From positions 1 to 42,066 of the forward strand of contig JAPKDO010000001.1 of the NCBI GenBank assembly GCA_028822535.1: a stretch of 42,066 bases of DNA, written 5' to 3'. Under the pieces are notes generated by a model. That model worked only from the letters and a program-made list of their open reading frames with translations, did no database searches and was not told the DNA's origin. Source of the DNA: Acidimicrobiales bacterium (lineage in GTDB: Bacteria; Actinomycetota; Acidimicrobiia; Acidimicrobiales; Salinilacustritrichaceae). Below are positions 8,892-16,576 of the stretch, one piece after another. Both the position numbers and the translations under genes were made by a program. Each line of letters starts with the position of its first letter. Within the stretch, counting starts at the first letter, position 1.

Positions 8892-10241
8892 ATGAAGAGT
8901 CGGCGGGCCATCATCATCTCTGCGTTCTGCACGGTCGCACTGGCGGGAGGCGCGGTCTTGGCCTTCGCTCCGGGCGCAAGTGCTCTGGGCGCACCGATCG
9001 ACCTGGTGGTGACGACCACCGACGACTACGGCGGTTTCATCGTCGACGGCCAGTGCGACGGTGGCGTCGACGGGACCTGTTCGCTTCGCGAGGCAGTGGT
9101 CGAGGTCGACAACAACCCCTCGGGTGGCACCGTGACCTTCGGCGTCGACGGGACCTTCACGCTCAACGGTGCCATTCCCGTCGACGACGACGAGGTCAGC
9201 CCCGTCCTGGTGATGGGCAACGGTGTCGCCGAGACGGTCCTGGTCGCCTCGGCGCCGATCCAGAACTTCCGTGGCGCCGCTGAGGCCAGGCACTTCGACG
9301 TGCAGGGCGGGGAACTCACCCTCGAGGACATGACACTCCGCGATGGCACTGCCGAATTCGGTGGCTCGGTGAATGTCGAGCAGGGCGGGTCGCTGACCAC
9401 GCAGGACGTGCACTTCCTCGACAACTCGGCCGTGTTCGGCGGCGCGGTCTCGGCGACCGCAGGCAACGACACGGTGGACATCGACCGGACCACGTTCTCG
9501 GGGAACGACGCCGAGTACGGCGGCGCGATCTACGTGGGGCGGGACACGGTGGAGATCGTCAACTCGACGTTCACCGCCAACAGTGCGCCCAACGGCGCGG
9601 CGATCTACGTCCTGTCGTTGGGGAAGTTGACCGTGGATCACTCGACCTTCAGCCAGAACACGGTCGGCGAGGTCCGGCCGGCCTCCTCGTCGGCGACCCC
9701 GTTCCAGTCGTTCCGTTCGACCGCCGCTGTTCCGGCAGGGCTGCAGTTCCTGGCCGGAACCGTCGTCGGCGAGGAGTACGACGTCAACGTCGCCGACGTC
9801 ACCATCAGCAATTCGATCCTCGAGAAGACCACCGGCGCCACGACCGACGAGTGCCTGGGTCCGATCGACTCTGGTGGCGGGAACGTCGTCGACGACGAGT
9901 CGTGCGATTTCACCGCCGCGCTCGATCAGCAGTCCGCCCTCGCCGACGTCGGGGACCTCGCCGACAACGGAGGCGAGACGTTCACGATGGCGCTCACCGC
10001 CGCATCCCCGGCGGTCGACGTGGACCCGGCGGGTTGCTCGATCACCGATCAGCGCGGGCTTCCCCGCAGCACAGACGGCGACGGTGACGGCACCACCGGT
10101 TGCGATGCCGGTGCCTACGAACTCCAAGAGGCGACGACCACCACCGAGGCGACGACCACCACCGAGCCCGACGACGACGTGGCGGCCGACACCGCGACGC
10201 CGGCCACGCCGACGGTCGCTCGCCCGACGTTCACGGGCTGA
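8892..10241 (+). CDS. Secreted CSLREA-domain / beta-helix (choice-of-anchor Q-like) protein
   Basis: Signal peptide MKSRR...ASA, CSLREA motif, F..N.A..GGA repeats, LADNGG.T.T.AL...SPAVD...DQRG..R...CDAGAYE, Thr-rich linker, terminal PTFTG. Confidence 0.88.
   Translation: MKSRRAIIISAFCTVALAGGAVLAFAPGASALGAPIDLVVTTTDDYGGFIVDGQCDGGVDGTCSLREAVVEVDNNPSGGTVTFGVDGTFTLNGAIPVDDDEVSPVLVMGNGVAETVLVASAPIQNFRGAAEARHFDVQGGELTLEDMTLRDGTAEFGGSVNVEQGGSLTTQDVHFLDNSAVFGGAVSATAGNDTVDIDRTTFSGNDAEYGGAIYVGRDTVEIVNSTFTANSAPNGAAIYVLSLGKLTVDHSTFSQNTVGEVRPASSSATPFQSFRSTAAVPAGLQFLAGTVVGEEYDVNVADVTISNSILEKTTGATTDECLGPIDSGGGNVVDDESCDFTAALDQQSALADVGDLADNGGETFTMALTAASPAVDVDPAGCSITDQRGLPRSTDGDGDGTTGCDAGAYELQEATTTTEATTTTEPDDDVAADTATPATPTVARPTFTG
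10128..10166 (+). repeat. 18-bp tandem repeat (2 copies plus GAG) encoding the EATTTT linker
   Basis: GAGGCGACGACCACCACC at 10128-10145 and 10146-10163. Confidence 0.9.
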
Positions 10242-10836
10242 GGTCCAACGCAGCGCAGAGGCCGTCGATCAGATCCTCGGTGTGGGGTGTGGGCCAGGCG
10301 CCGTCCCAGCCGTTCCAGAACGGGCCGTTGCCGCGCACCCTCGGTGGGAGTTCGATCTGCACGCCGTGCTCCGGTGGGAGGTTGACCGGGTTGTCGGCGT
10401 GCACGCCGCGCAGCGCCGCGGGGATGTCGTCGAGTTCGTCGATGATCTCGTAGCCGGGCAGCGCGGCCCGTAGGTGGGCACCGATGGTCGCCGCGAGCGC
10501 CCGGTTCCGGCCGCCCAGCAGCACGGTCGTGAACATGGACCGCCGACCGAAGCCGTGGATCGTGACCACCCGCTCCACGTGGTCGACGAAGCGGGCGAGC
10601 GCGGCCGACTCCTCGGGCCGGAACGCCTTGGAGGGGATGTGCCAGCGAAGCGAGTCGGGCTGGGTGACGACGTAGGACGACGCGCCGGTGCGCTCGGCGA
10701 CGGCTTCGGCGATCCGGTCGGTGCCGACCTCGAGGTTGCCGCCGTGGTACGCCATCACGCCCGTCGTCGACCGCAGCGACGACCGCTCCTCCACGCCCGG
10801 GTGCGCGAGCAGTTCGGTGAGCAGTCCCGCGGCCAA
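10231..10836 (-). CDS. Poly-gamma-glutamate hydrolase family protein (PghP/YjqB/DUF867-like)
   Basis: MAYHGGNLEVGT, WHIPS, TIHGFG, LLGGRN, LRGVHADNPVN, GVQIELPPRVR. Start uncertain (TTG 10836). Confidence 0.85.
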   Translation of the reverse strand: MAAGLLTELLAHPGVEERSSLRSTTGVMAYHGGNLEVGTDRIAEAVAERTGASSYVVTQPDSLRWHIPSKAFRPEESAALARFVDHVERVVTIHGFGRRSMFTTVLLGGRNRALAATIGAHLRAALPGYEIIDELDDIPAALRGVHADNPVNLPPEHGVQIELPPRVRGNGPFWNGWDGAWPTPHTEDLIDGLCAALDLSP

Positions 10837-10841
10837 CCCGG

Positions 10842-11705
10842 TCAGGACACGTCGTCGGAGCGGAGACTCGACGCCAGGACGCTGATGCAGACCATGGCGA
10901 CGATCGCCCCGAGCAGCAGGAGCCCGAACCGGGTCGCCCCGACGTCTTGGACGAACGTCGACGCGTCGGCGGACCACCGCTCGACGAGGTCGACGGGGCC
11001 GGCGGCGGCGGTCGGGTCGTTGCGGACCTGCAGGGAGAAGACGCCGTACCAGGCGACGTAGGCGCCCATGACGACCATGAGCACGCCGGCGACCTTGTTG
11101 GCGTACTGCATGCCGGTGCGCATGAACTTCACGACCGAATCGCGTGCCAGCGCGATCGCAACGGTGAGCGCGGTGATGACCAAGCCCATGCCGGCGGCGT
11201 ACATGAGGAGGACCGACACGCCCGAGATGAAGTTGGTGCGGGAGAAGGCGTTGACGATCGTGGCGATGAAGATGCCGATGGTGCAGGTGAGCGACGCGAC
11301 GGCGTACGACACGCCGTAGAGGAACATCGACCCCAGGCCCTGGCTCTTGCCCCCCTTGTCCAGCTTGGGCATCCGGGCCGACAGCTCGAACCCGCCGACG
11401 GTGACGACGCCGAAGATCACGAGGCCGATGCCGATGACGATCGTCGCCCACGGGGCGTACTCCTGCACCGTCGACGAGATCGGCCGGAGCGCGATGCCGA
11501 CGATGCCGAACACGACCACGAAGCCGAGCGACACCGCGAGCGCCACCGGGATCGCCCGGAGCACCGACTCGCCCTTGGAAGGCACGCGGTCGCCCTCCTT
11601 GCCGAGGAAGAAGCCGACGTAGGCGGGGAGCATGGCGAACCCGCACGGGTTCACGGCGGCGACGATGCCGGACGCGAACGCAAGGGCGAGGGGAGCGTCG
11701 ATCAT
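10842..11705 (-). CDS. ccdA: Cytochrome c biogenesis CcdA (DsbD-type) membrane protein
   Basis: NPCGFAMLPAY and ASLTCT Cys motifs, several TM helices. ATGA overlap with the TlpA-family gene. Confidence 0.9.
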   Translation of the reverse strand: MIDAPLALAFASGIVAAVNPCGFAMLPAYVGFFLGKEGDRVPSKGESVLRAIPVALAVSLGFVVVFGIVGIALRPISSTVQEYAPWATIVIGIGLVIFGVVTVGGFELSARMPKLDKGGKSQGLGSMFLYGVSYAVASLTCTIGIFIATIVNAFSRTNFISGVSVLLMYAAGMGLVITALTVAIALARDSVVKFMRTGMQYANKVAGVLMVVMGAYVAWYGVFSLQVRNDPTAAAGPVDLVERWSADASTFVQDVGATRFGLLLLGAIVAMVCISVLASSLRSDDVS

Positions 11706-12301
11706 CCCGCCACGCCGAGGTGCTCGTCGATCAGTTCCCGGAGTCGGTCGACCTCGAGCGCCCCACCCTGGACCTTCTCGACGGTTCCGTCGGCCGAGAC
11801 GAACATGGTCGACGGCATCTGGATCACGCCGGCGGCGCCGACGATGTCGCCACTGATGTCTCTCGTCCAGTCGTAGGTGATGCCGGTGCTCTCGACGATC
11901 CGGTCGGCGTCCTCGGGCCGATCCTGCACGGCGATGCCGAGGAACGTGACGTCGTCGGCGAGGCCCTGGGACACGGCTTCGAAGTCGGGCATCTCGGCGA
12001 CGCAGGGCGGGCACCACGACGCGAAGAAGTTCACGACGACCGGCGTGCCGGCCTCGGCCACGAAGTCCCGGATGGTGCCGGTGGTGCCGTCGACGTCGGT
12101 GTACTCGACGTCGAGCGGGTCGCGGTCGTCCTGGACGTCTCGCAGCGTGACCGATGGACCGTCGCCAGGCGCCGGGCCGGAGTCACTGTCGCCCCCGGAC
12201 GCGAACACGAGGACCATGGCGGCGGCGGTCAACGCCAACACGGTGGCGGCGACGTAGGCCTGCCAGGGAAGTGCGGGGCGGGAGCGGGAGGGTTCGGACA
12301 T
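11702..12301 (-). CDS. TlpA/ResA-family membrane-anchored thiol:disulfide oxidoreductase
   Basis: N-terminal TM helix, VVVNFFASWCPPCVAEMP, MPSTMFV. Confidence 0.92.
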   Translation of the reverse strand: MSEPSRSRPALPWQAYVAATVLALTAAAMVLVFASGGDSDSGPAPGDGPSVTLRDVQDDRDPLDVEYTDVDGTTGTIRDFVAEAGTPVVVNFFASWCPPCVAEMPDFEAVSQGLADDVTFLGIAVQDRPEDADRIVESTGITYDWTRDISGDIVGAAGVIQMPSTMFVSADGTVEKVQGGALEVDRLRELIDEHLGVAG

Positions 12302-12366
12302 GGCGGAGGTGGAAACCCGACGGTACTGCCGCCGGATTCCCACCTCACAGCAGGCGATCGTGCCGC

Positions 12367-12538
12367 GACGGGTCGGAGCTCGACATGCGCCGTCGATGAG
12401 ACGGCGGTCGTCACTCCGACCCGCCCTTGACCCAAGCGGCTCTTGGGGATCGTCGCTTCGACTCGCAGGGCGAGTCTCCGCTACCGAGTTCTTCGGCAGG
12501 GCCTCAGAACTCGACACCTGACGTCATCACGGTCAGGC
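12367..12538 (-). ncRNA. Candidate structured RNA or REP-like composite hairpin element downstream of whiB7
   Basis: Five to six consecutive hairpins. Two share GAG...GC-CCT-GC...CGAAG with purine-rich internal loops that form G.A pairs only on the minus strand. Confidence 0.4.
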
Positions 12539-12982
12539 GATGCGGCGCTCCACCTGGGGGCGGAGTGCCTCGGGGACCTCGACGTGGACGAACTCGTCCT
12601 CGGGCCGAGGGTTCTTGGGCGGCCGGCCCCGACGGCGCTTCGCCATCAGGATCCGTCCGTTCTGGAAGAGTTGGCCACCCCAGACGCCGAGCGGCTCCTT
12701 GCGAGCCAAGGCTCCTTCGAGGCACTCCTCCATCACGGGGCACGTGGCGCAGATGCGCTTCGCGGCGGCGATGTCGAGCAGCTCCTCGGAGAAGAAGAGG
12801 TGCGCAAGGGTCCCGTTGTCCTCGGCGCAGGCGGCGTCCGCCCAGAAGGAGGTGTCGACCTCGAGGGCCAGATCGAGCACCGGGCGGTCGCCGGTGGCGA
12901 TGCCGCCGTCGAAGTCCGTGTCGGTGTCGATCAGGTCGATCTCGGTCTCTTGGATGTCTTCGGTGTCGAGTCGAGCGAGCAT
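12533..12982 (-). CDS. whiB7: WhiB7/WblC-type Fe-S transcription factor with C-terminal AT-hook
   Basis: Four Cys (C...CATC-5-C), EPLGVWGG turn, KRRRGRPPK AT-hook, AAGGGAG RBS, characteristic attenuator leader. Confidence 0.88.
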   Translation of the reverse strand: MLARLDTEDIQETEIDLIDTDTDFDGGIATGDRPVLDLALEVDTSFWADAACAEDNGTLAHLFFSEELLDIAAAKRICATCPVMEECLEGALARKEPLGVWGGQLFQNGRILMAKRRRGRPPKNPRPEDEFVHVEVPEALRPQVERRIA

Positions 12983-13075
12983 GGCTCGCTCCCTTCTGTG
13001 CTCGTGGCTGGATGTGTGTCGGTGGATGTGACTGCTGGGTGAGAACTCAGTGGGGTGGGCGTGATCCGTGTCCCG

Positions 13076-13113
13076 AGAACGAGAAAGGCCGCCGGATTTT
13101 CATCCGACGGCCT
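13076..13113 (-). terminator. Rho-independent attenuator terminator in the whiB7 leader
   Basis: Minus strand AGGCCGTCGGAT-GAAA-ATCCGGCGGCCT (12 bp, one G-U) followed by TTCTCGTTCT. Confidence 0.88.
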
Positions 13114-13164
13114 CTGCGGTCCTTGCGTCCTGACGCTGGGTCAGGATGTGGGGTGCAGAGGCCA
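13108..13164 (-). promoter_or_regulatory. Antiterminator of the whiB7 leader
   Basis: uORF 3' end TGGCCTCTGC (13164-13155) pairs with GCAGAGGCCG (13117-13108), which overlaps the terminator 5' arm. An inner TCCTGAC/GTCAGGA hairpin covers the uORF stop. Confidence 0.82.
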
Positions 13165-13371
13165 TCGATCGTGGAAGTCGACCTTGGTCATCGCCTTGCG
13201 ACCGGACTCGAGCCACACGTTGGCCGTGGTCGCGGCGTTCGCATGGACGGCGGTCGACGCAATGGTGGCGAGGTGGAGATACGCCGGGGCCGTGACGGCA
13301 CAGGTCCGCGGACGCGCGACACCGGTGGTCGGATCGGTCGCCTGGGTGAAGCGTTCGTTGGTCGTCAGCAC
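13141..13371 (-). CDS. whiB7 leader peptide (uORF, 76 aa)
   Basis: GAGG RBS then GTG 13371. MLTTNERF...DRWPLHPTS stops 27 nt before the terminator stem; 14 Thr and 13 Ala. Confidence 0.72.
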   Translation of the reverse strand: MLTTNERFTQATDPTTGVARPRTCAVTAPAYLHLATIASTAVHANAATTANVWLESGRKAMTKVDFHDRWPLHPTS

Positions 13372-13452
13372 GGGTGTCACCTCGATTCGATGTCGATTGT
13401 CCGCTCGGCATACGGGGCCGCGCGAGTGCGCCCCAGCGGTTGACTGCCGGTC

Positions 13453-13507
13453 ATGGCAGCACGTTCGCGACGTGTTCGTCAACGGATTAATGAAAAGAAT
13501 CTTCATT
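13453..13507 (-). promoter_or_regulatory. WhiB7-dependent (autoregulated) promoter
   Basis: AT-tract ATTCTTTTCATTAAT ends exactly 3 bp upstream of -35 TTGACG (13482-13477). A weak -10 (TGCCAT) lies 18 bp further. Confidence 0.72.
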
Positions 13508-13526
13508 CGTCCGCCACGATGTCGTG

Positions 13527-14306
13527 ATGGCTCCCGAATCGAGTGTCGGATCGCCCGCCGACGACCCGCTGCAGATCGACCTCCCGGACGACGGTCGGAT
13601 CCACTCGCACCGCCGTCGCGTGCACCTCGCGGACACGTCGCCCAAGGGGCGGGTTCGTCTCGACGCGCTCGCCCGGATGCTCCAGGACGTGAGTGACGAG
13701 GACACCACCGATGCAGGATTCCCACCCGACGAACCGTGGGTGGTGCGGCGCGTCGACATGGGGATCGAGTCGTTCCCGGCATTCCGCGACATGGTCACGG
13801 TGTCGACGTGGTGTTCGGGGATCGGCGGCCGGTGGGCCGAGCGACGGGTTCGGATCGAGGGCGACGCCGGCGGCCGCGTCGAGGCCGCGGTCCTGTGGGT
13901 GCACCTCGACGCCTCAGGTCGTCCGGCGAGGCTGCCCGAACGATTCGATTCGCTCTACGCCCCGGCCGCCCGCGGGCGAAAGGTGCGCGCCCGCCTGCAC
14001 CATGCGCCGGCGCCCGAGGGTGCGTCACCGACGCCGTTCCCGCTGCGCAAGAGCGACTTCGACCTGATGGGCCACGTCAACAATGCGGTGTCGTGGATCC
14101 CGGTCGACGATGCGCTCGGGGACGATGGCGCGCTGACGCCGCCGATCCGGGTGACGCTCGAACACCCCGGCCCGATCGACCGTGGCGACGTCCCGGGGGT
14201 CGTGGTCGATGCCGGCGTCGACGGATTCGACCTGTGGATCATCGTCGACGGCGCCGCTCGGTCGAGTGCGCAGGTCCGACGCTGGGGCGGACGGGACCAG
14301 CCCTGA
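13527..14306 (+). CDS. Acyl-ACP thioesterase family protein (double hotdog)
   Basis: RVHLAD..P.GRVRLDALARMLQD, WVVRR, TWCSG.G.RWAERR, PLRKSDFDLMGHVNNA. Confidence 0.88.
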   Translation: MAPESSVGSPADDPLQIDLPDDGRIHSHRRRVHLADTSPKGRVRLDALARMLQDVSDEDTTDAGFPPDEPWVVRRVDMGIESFPAFRDMVTVSTWCSGIGGRWAERRVRIEGDAGGRVEAAVLWVHLDASGRPARLPERFDSLYAPAARGRKVRARLHHAPAPEGASPTPFPLRKSDFDLMGHVNNAVSWIPVDDALGDDGALTPPIRVTLEHPGPIDRGDVPGVVVDAGVDGFDLWIIVDGAARSSAQVRRWGGRDQP

Positions 14307-15419
14307 TCAGCGTTCAGCGGGCTCGGACGGAGCGGGCTCGGGGACCATGGCGTAGTGCAGGTCATCGCCGATGCGCCGTGAGGTCATCTCTCCGGCGTGA
14401 CGGAGGTGTTCGAGGTGGGCGTAGGTCTCGGACTCGGCCATGCGGCCCCACGACCGTTCCTTGAACAGGTGATGCGACAGTTCGACGACGTCGGTCTCGC
14501 CGACCGCGGTCGACGCGTCTCGCAGCTTCTGGAGTCGCTCGGCGTGGTGGTCCTTGATCTCCTGGCAGCGTCCCGCGACGTCGGTGAACTCGAGGCCGTG
14601 TGCGGGGAGCGCGAGGGAGAGGTCGCCGAGGCCGGCGACCCGGTCGAGGCTGGCGAAGAACTGCGCGAGCGGATCGGCGCCGGCGACCAGACCGCTGATG
14701 TGTGGCGTGATCGTCGGGAGGACGTGGTCGCCCGACAACACGATGCCGTCGGCCGGGGAGTAGAAGCAGAGGTGGTCGTTGGTGTGGCCGGGCGTGTGGA
14801 CCGCCACCCACTCGCGGTTGGCGAAGGTGACGACGTCGTCCTGATCGACGCGATGACTCGGTTCGGGCGCACGCATCCAGCGCCGACCCATGGTCTTCAT
14901 CAACCCCATCTTCATCCGCCGGTCCAGCGGCGGCTTGAACGTCCCGCCACCCCAGGGCTGTTGGATCTCCCATGGCTTGCGCCCATGGCTGGCCGGTGTG
15001 TCGTCACCGTCGACTGGCGCGTCGAGCACCGACTCGGGGAGTTCGTCGGGTCCGGCGTCGTCGCCTTCGTCGGGGTCGAGCCAGGTGCGGAACGCCGAAT
15101 GCGTCAACACGTCGGCGCCGGCCTCGTGGCGCAGGATCCCGGCACCGCCGAAGTGATCGGGGTGGCTGTGCGTCACGATGACGGTGTGGACGTCCGTCAC
15201 CCCGTAGCCGGCCTTGCCCAACCGGTCGACGAGTGCCTTCCACGACGCCTTGCCCGGGAGACCGGGATCGACCACGGCGAGCCCGCGGTCGTCGCACAAC
15301 GCGTAGGTGTTGACGTGACCGAGCCCCGGGAGCGAGATCGGCAACTGCATGCGCAAGATGTCGGGAGCGACCTCGACGACCTCGGTCGAGGCGTCCTGTT
15401 GTTCCTGCCGCGTGACCAT
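14307..15419 (-). CDS. MBL-fold metallo-hydrolase with C-terminal winged helix
   Basis: THSHPDHFGG, HTPGHT, GDHVLP-ITPHI, PAHG, SETYAHLEHL. Confidence 0.92.
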   Translation of the reverse strand: MVTRQEQQDASTEVVEVAPDILRMQLPISLPGLGHVNTYALCDDRGLAVVDPGLPGKASWKALVDRLGKAGYGVTDVHTVIVTHSHPDHFGGAGILRHEAGADVLTHSAFRTWLDPDEGDDAGPDELPESVLDAPVDGDDTPASHGRKPWEIQQPWGGGTFKPPLDRRMKMGLMKTMGRRWMRAPEPSHRVDQDDVVTFANREWVAVHTPGHTNDHLCFYSPADGIVLSGDHVLPTITPHISGLVAGADPLAQFFASLDRVAGLGDLSLALPAHGLEFTDVAGRCQEIKDHHAERLQKLRDASTAVGETDVVELSHHLFKERSWGRMAESETYAHLEHLRHAGEMTSRRIGDDLHYAMVPEPAPSEPAER

Positions 15420-15434
15420 GCGTCCGGACCTTAC

Positions 15435-15450
15435 TTGACCGACCGGTCAA
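15435..15450. promoter_or_regulatory. Palindromic operator (TetR-like) TTGACCG-AC-CGGTCAA
   Basis: Perfect 7-bp inverted repeat in the 53-bp gap between divergent genes. Confidence 0.6.
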
Positions 15451-15472
15451 TTTCTCCGGGTCGGGCGGTGGC

Positions 15473-16576
15473 GTGAACGCGCTCGATGTCGCGCTGGTGC
15501 TCGTCCGACTCGCGGTCGGCTGTTGGCTGCTCTGGGCGGTGCGGGCGGTCAGGCGACGGGTCGGCGACCGACCGGCGCTCGGCGATCTGGGCGACGTGTC
15601 GGTCGTCGTCCCGGCACGGGACGAGGCCGACTCGCTCCCGCACCTGCTGGCGACCCTGCCCGCCGACGTCGAGGTGATCGTCGTCGACGACGACTCGAGC
15701 GACGGGACGGCGGTCGTCGCCGCCGTGAGCGGTGCCCGGGTCGTCGAGTCTGCGCCGCTCCCCGACGGGTGGACTGGAAAGTCGTGGGCGTGCGAACAGG
15801 GCGCTGCCGCGGCCTCGGGCGACACGTTGGTGTTCGTCGACGCCGACGTGCGGTTCGCAAACGACGGACTCGCAGCCGTGGTCGCGGAGCACGCCGAGCG
15901 CGGCGGACTCGTCAGCGTGCAGCCGTTCCACGAACCGGAACGGCCGGCCGAGCACCTGGCGGCGATCTTCAACATCGTCGCGTTCGCCGGCACCGATGCG
16001 GCGACGCCGCTCGGTCGGGTGCGCGACAGCCGCGGGGCGTTCGGCCCCGTACTCGTGACGAGCCGTGCGGACTACGACCGGGTCGGTCGGCACGAAGCGA
16101 TCGGCTCGTCGGTGGTCGACGACGTGGCCCTCGCCCACGCGTTCCGCTCCCGGTCGCTCCCGGTCTCGATCCTGGCCGGCGGGGCCGCGGTCTCGTTCCG
16201 GATGTACCCCCAGGGGATGGGTCAGGTGGTGGAAGGTTTCACCAAGAACCTCGCGACGGGGGTGCGGGGGGTCCGCCTGGCGACGACCGTGCTGATCGTG
16301 GCGTGGATGACCCTGCTGGTGCAGGCGACGGTCGCACCGGTCCGGGCCGCGCTGGCCGTCGACGCGGGCGCGCTGGCGGTGGCGTTGCTGCTCTACCTGA
16401 CGGTCGCCGTGCAGGTGTGGTGGATGGCGAGGAAGCTGGGACGCTTCGGCGCGTGGGTGGCTGCGACGTTCCCGGTCTCAGTGGTCCTCTTCCTCGCCGT
16501 GTTCGTCCGCAGCGTGTTCGCCACCGCGTTCGGCTCGCTCAGCTGGCGGGGGCGTCGGTTGTCGACTCGCCGTTGA
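15473..16576 (+). CDS. GT2 glycosyltransferase, membrane-bound (carotenoid/lipid glycosyltransferase-like)
   Basis: SVVVPARDE, VVDDDSSDGT, PLPDGWTGKSWAC, FVDAD, VDDVALA, FRMYP, EGFTKN, C-terminal TM helices, SWRGR. Confidence 0.9.
   Translation: MNALDVALVLVRLAVGCWLLWAVRAVRRRVGDRPALGDLGDVSVVVPARDEADSLPHLLATLPADVEVIVVDDDSSDGTAVVAAVSGARVVESAPLPDGWTGKSWACEQGAAAASGDTLVFVDADVRFANDGLAAVVAEHAERGGLVSVQPFHEPERPAEHLAAIFNIVAFAGTDAATPLGRVRDSRGAFGPVLVTSRADYDRVGRHEAIGSSVVDDVALAHAFRSRSLPVSILAGGAAVSFRMYPQGMGQVVEGFTKNLATGVRGVRLATTVLIVAWMTLLVQATVAPVRAALAVDAGALAVALLLYLTVAVQVWWMARKLGRFGAWVAATFPVSVVLFLAVFVRSVFATAFGSLSWRGRRLSTRR

Noticed and set aside
12367-12538. Assignment of the hairpin cluster to tRNA, glycine/SAM/yybP riboswitch, raiA or Ms1 RNA
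   Set aside because: Only short word matches were found. The required conserved cores and their order are absent, so it is left unassigned.
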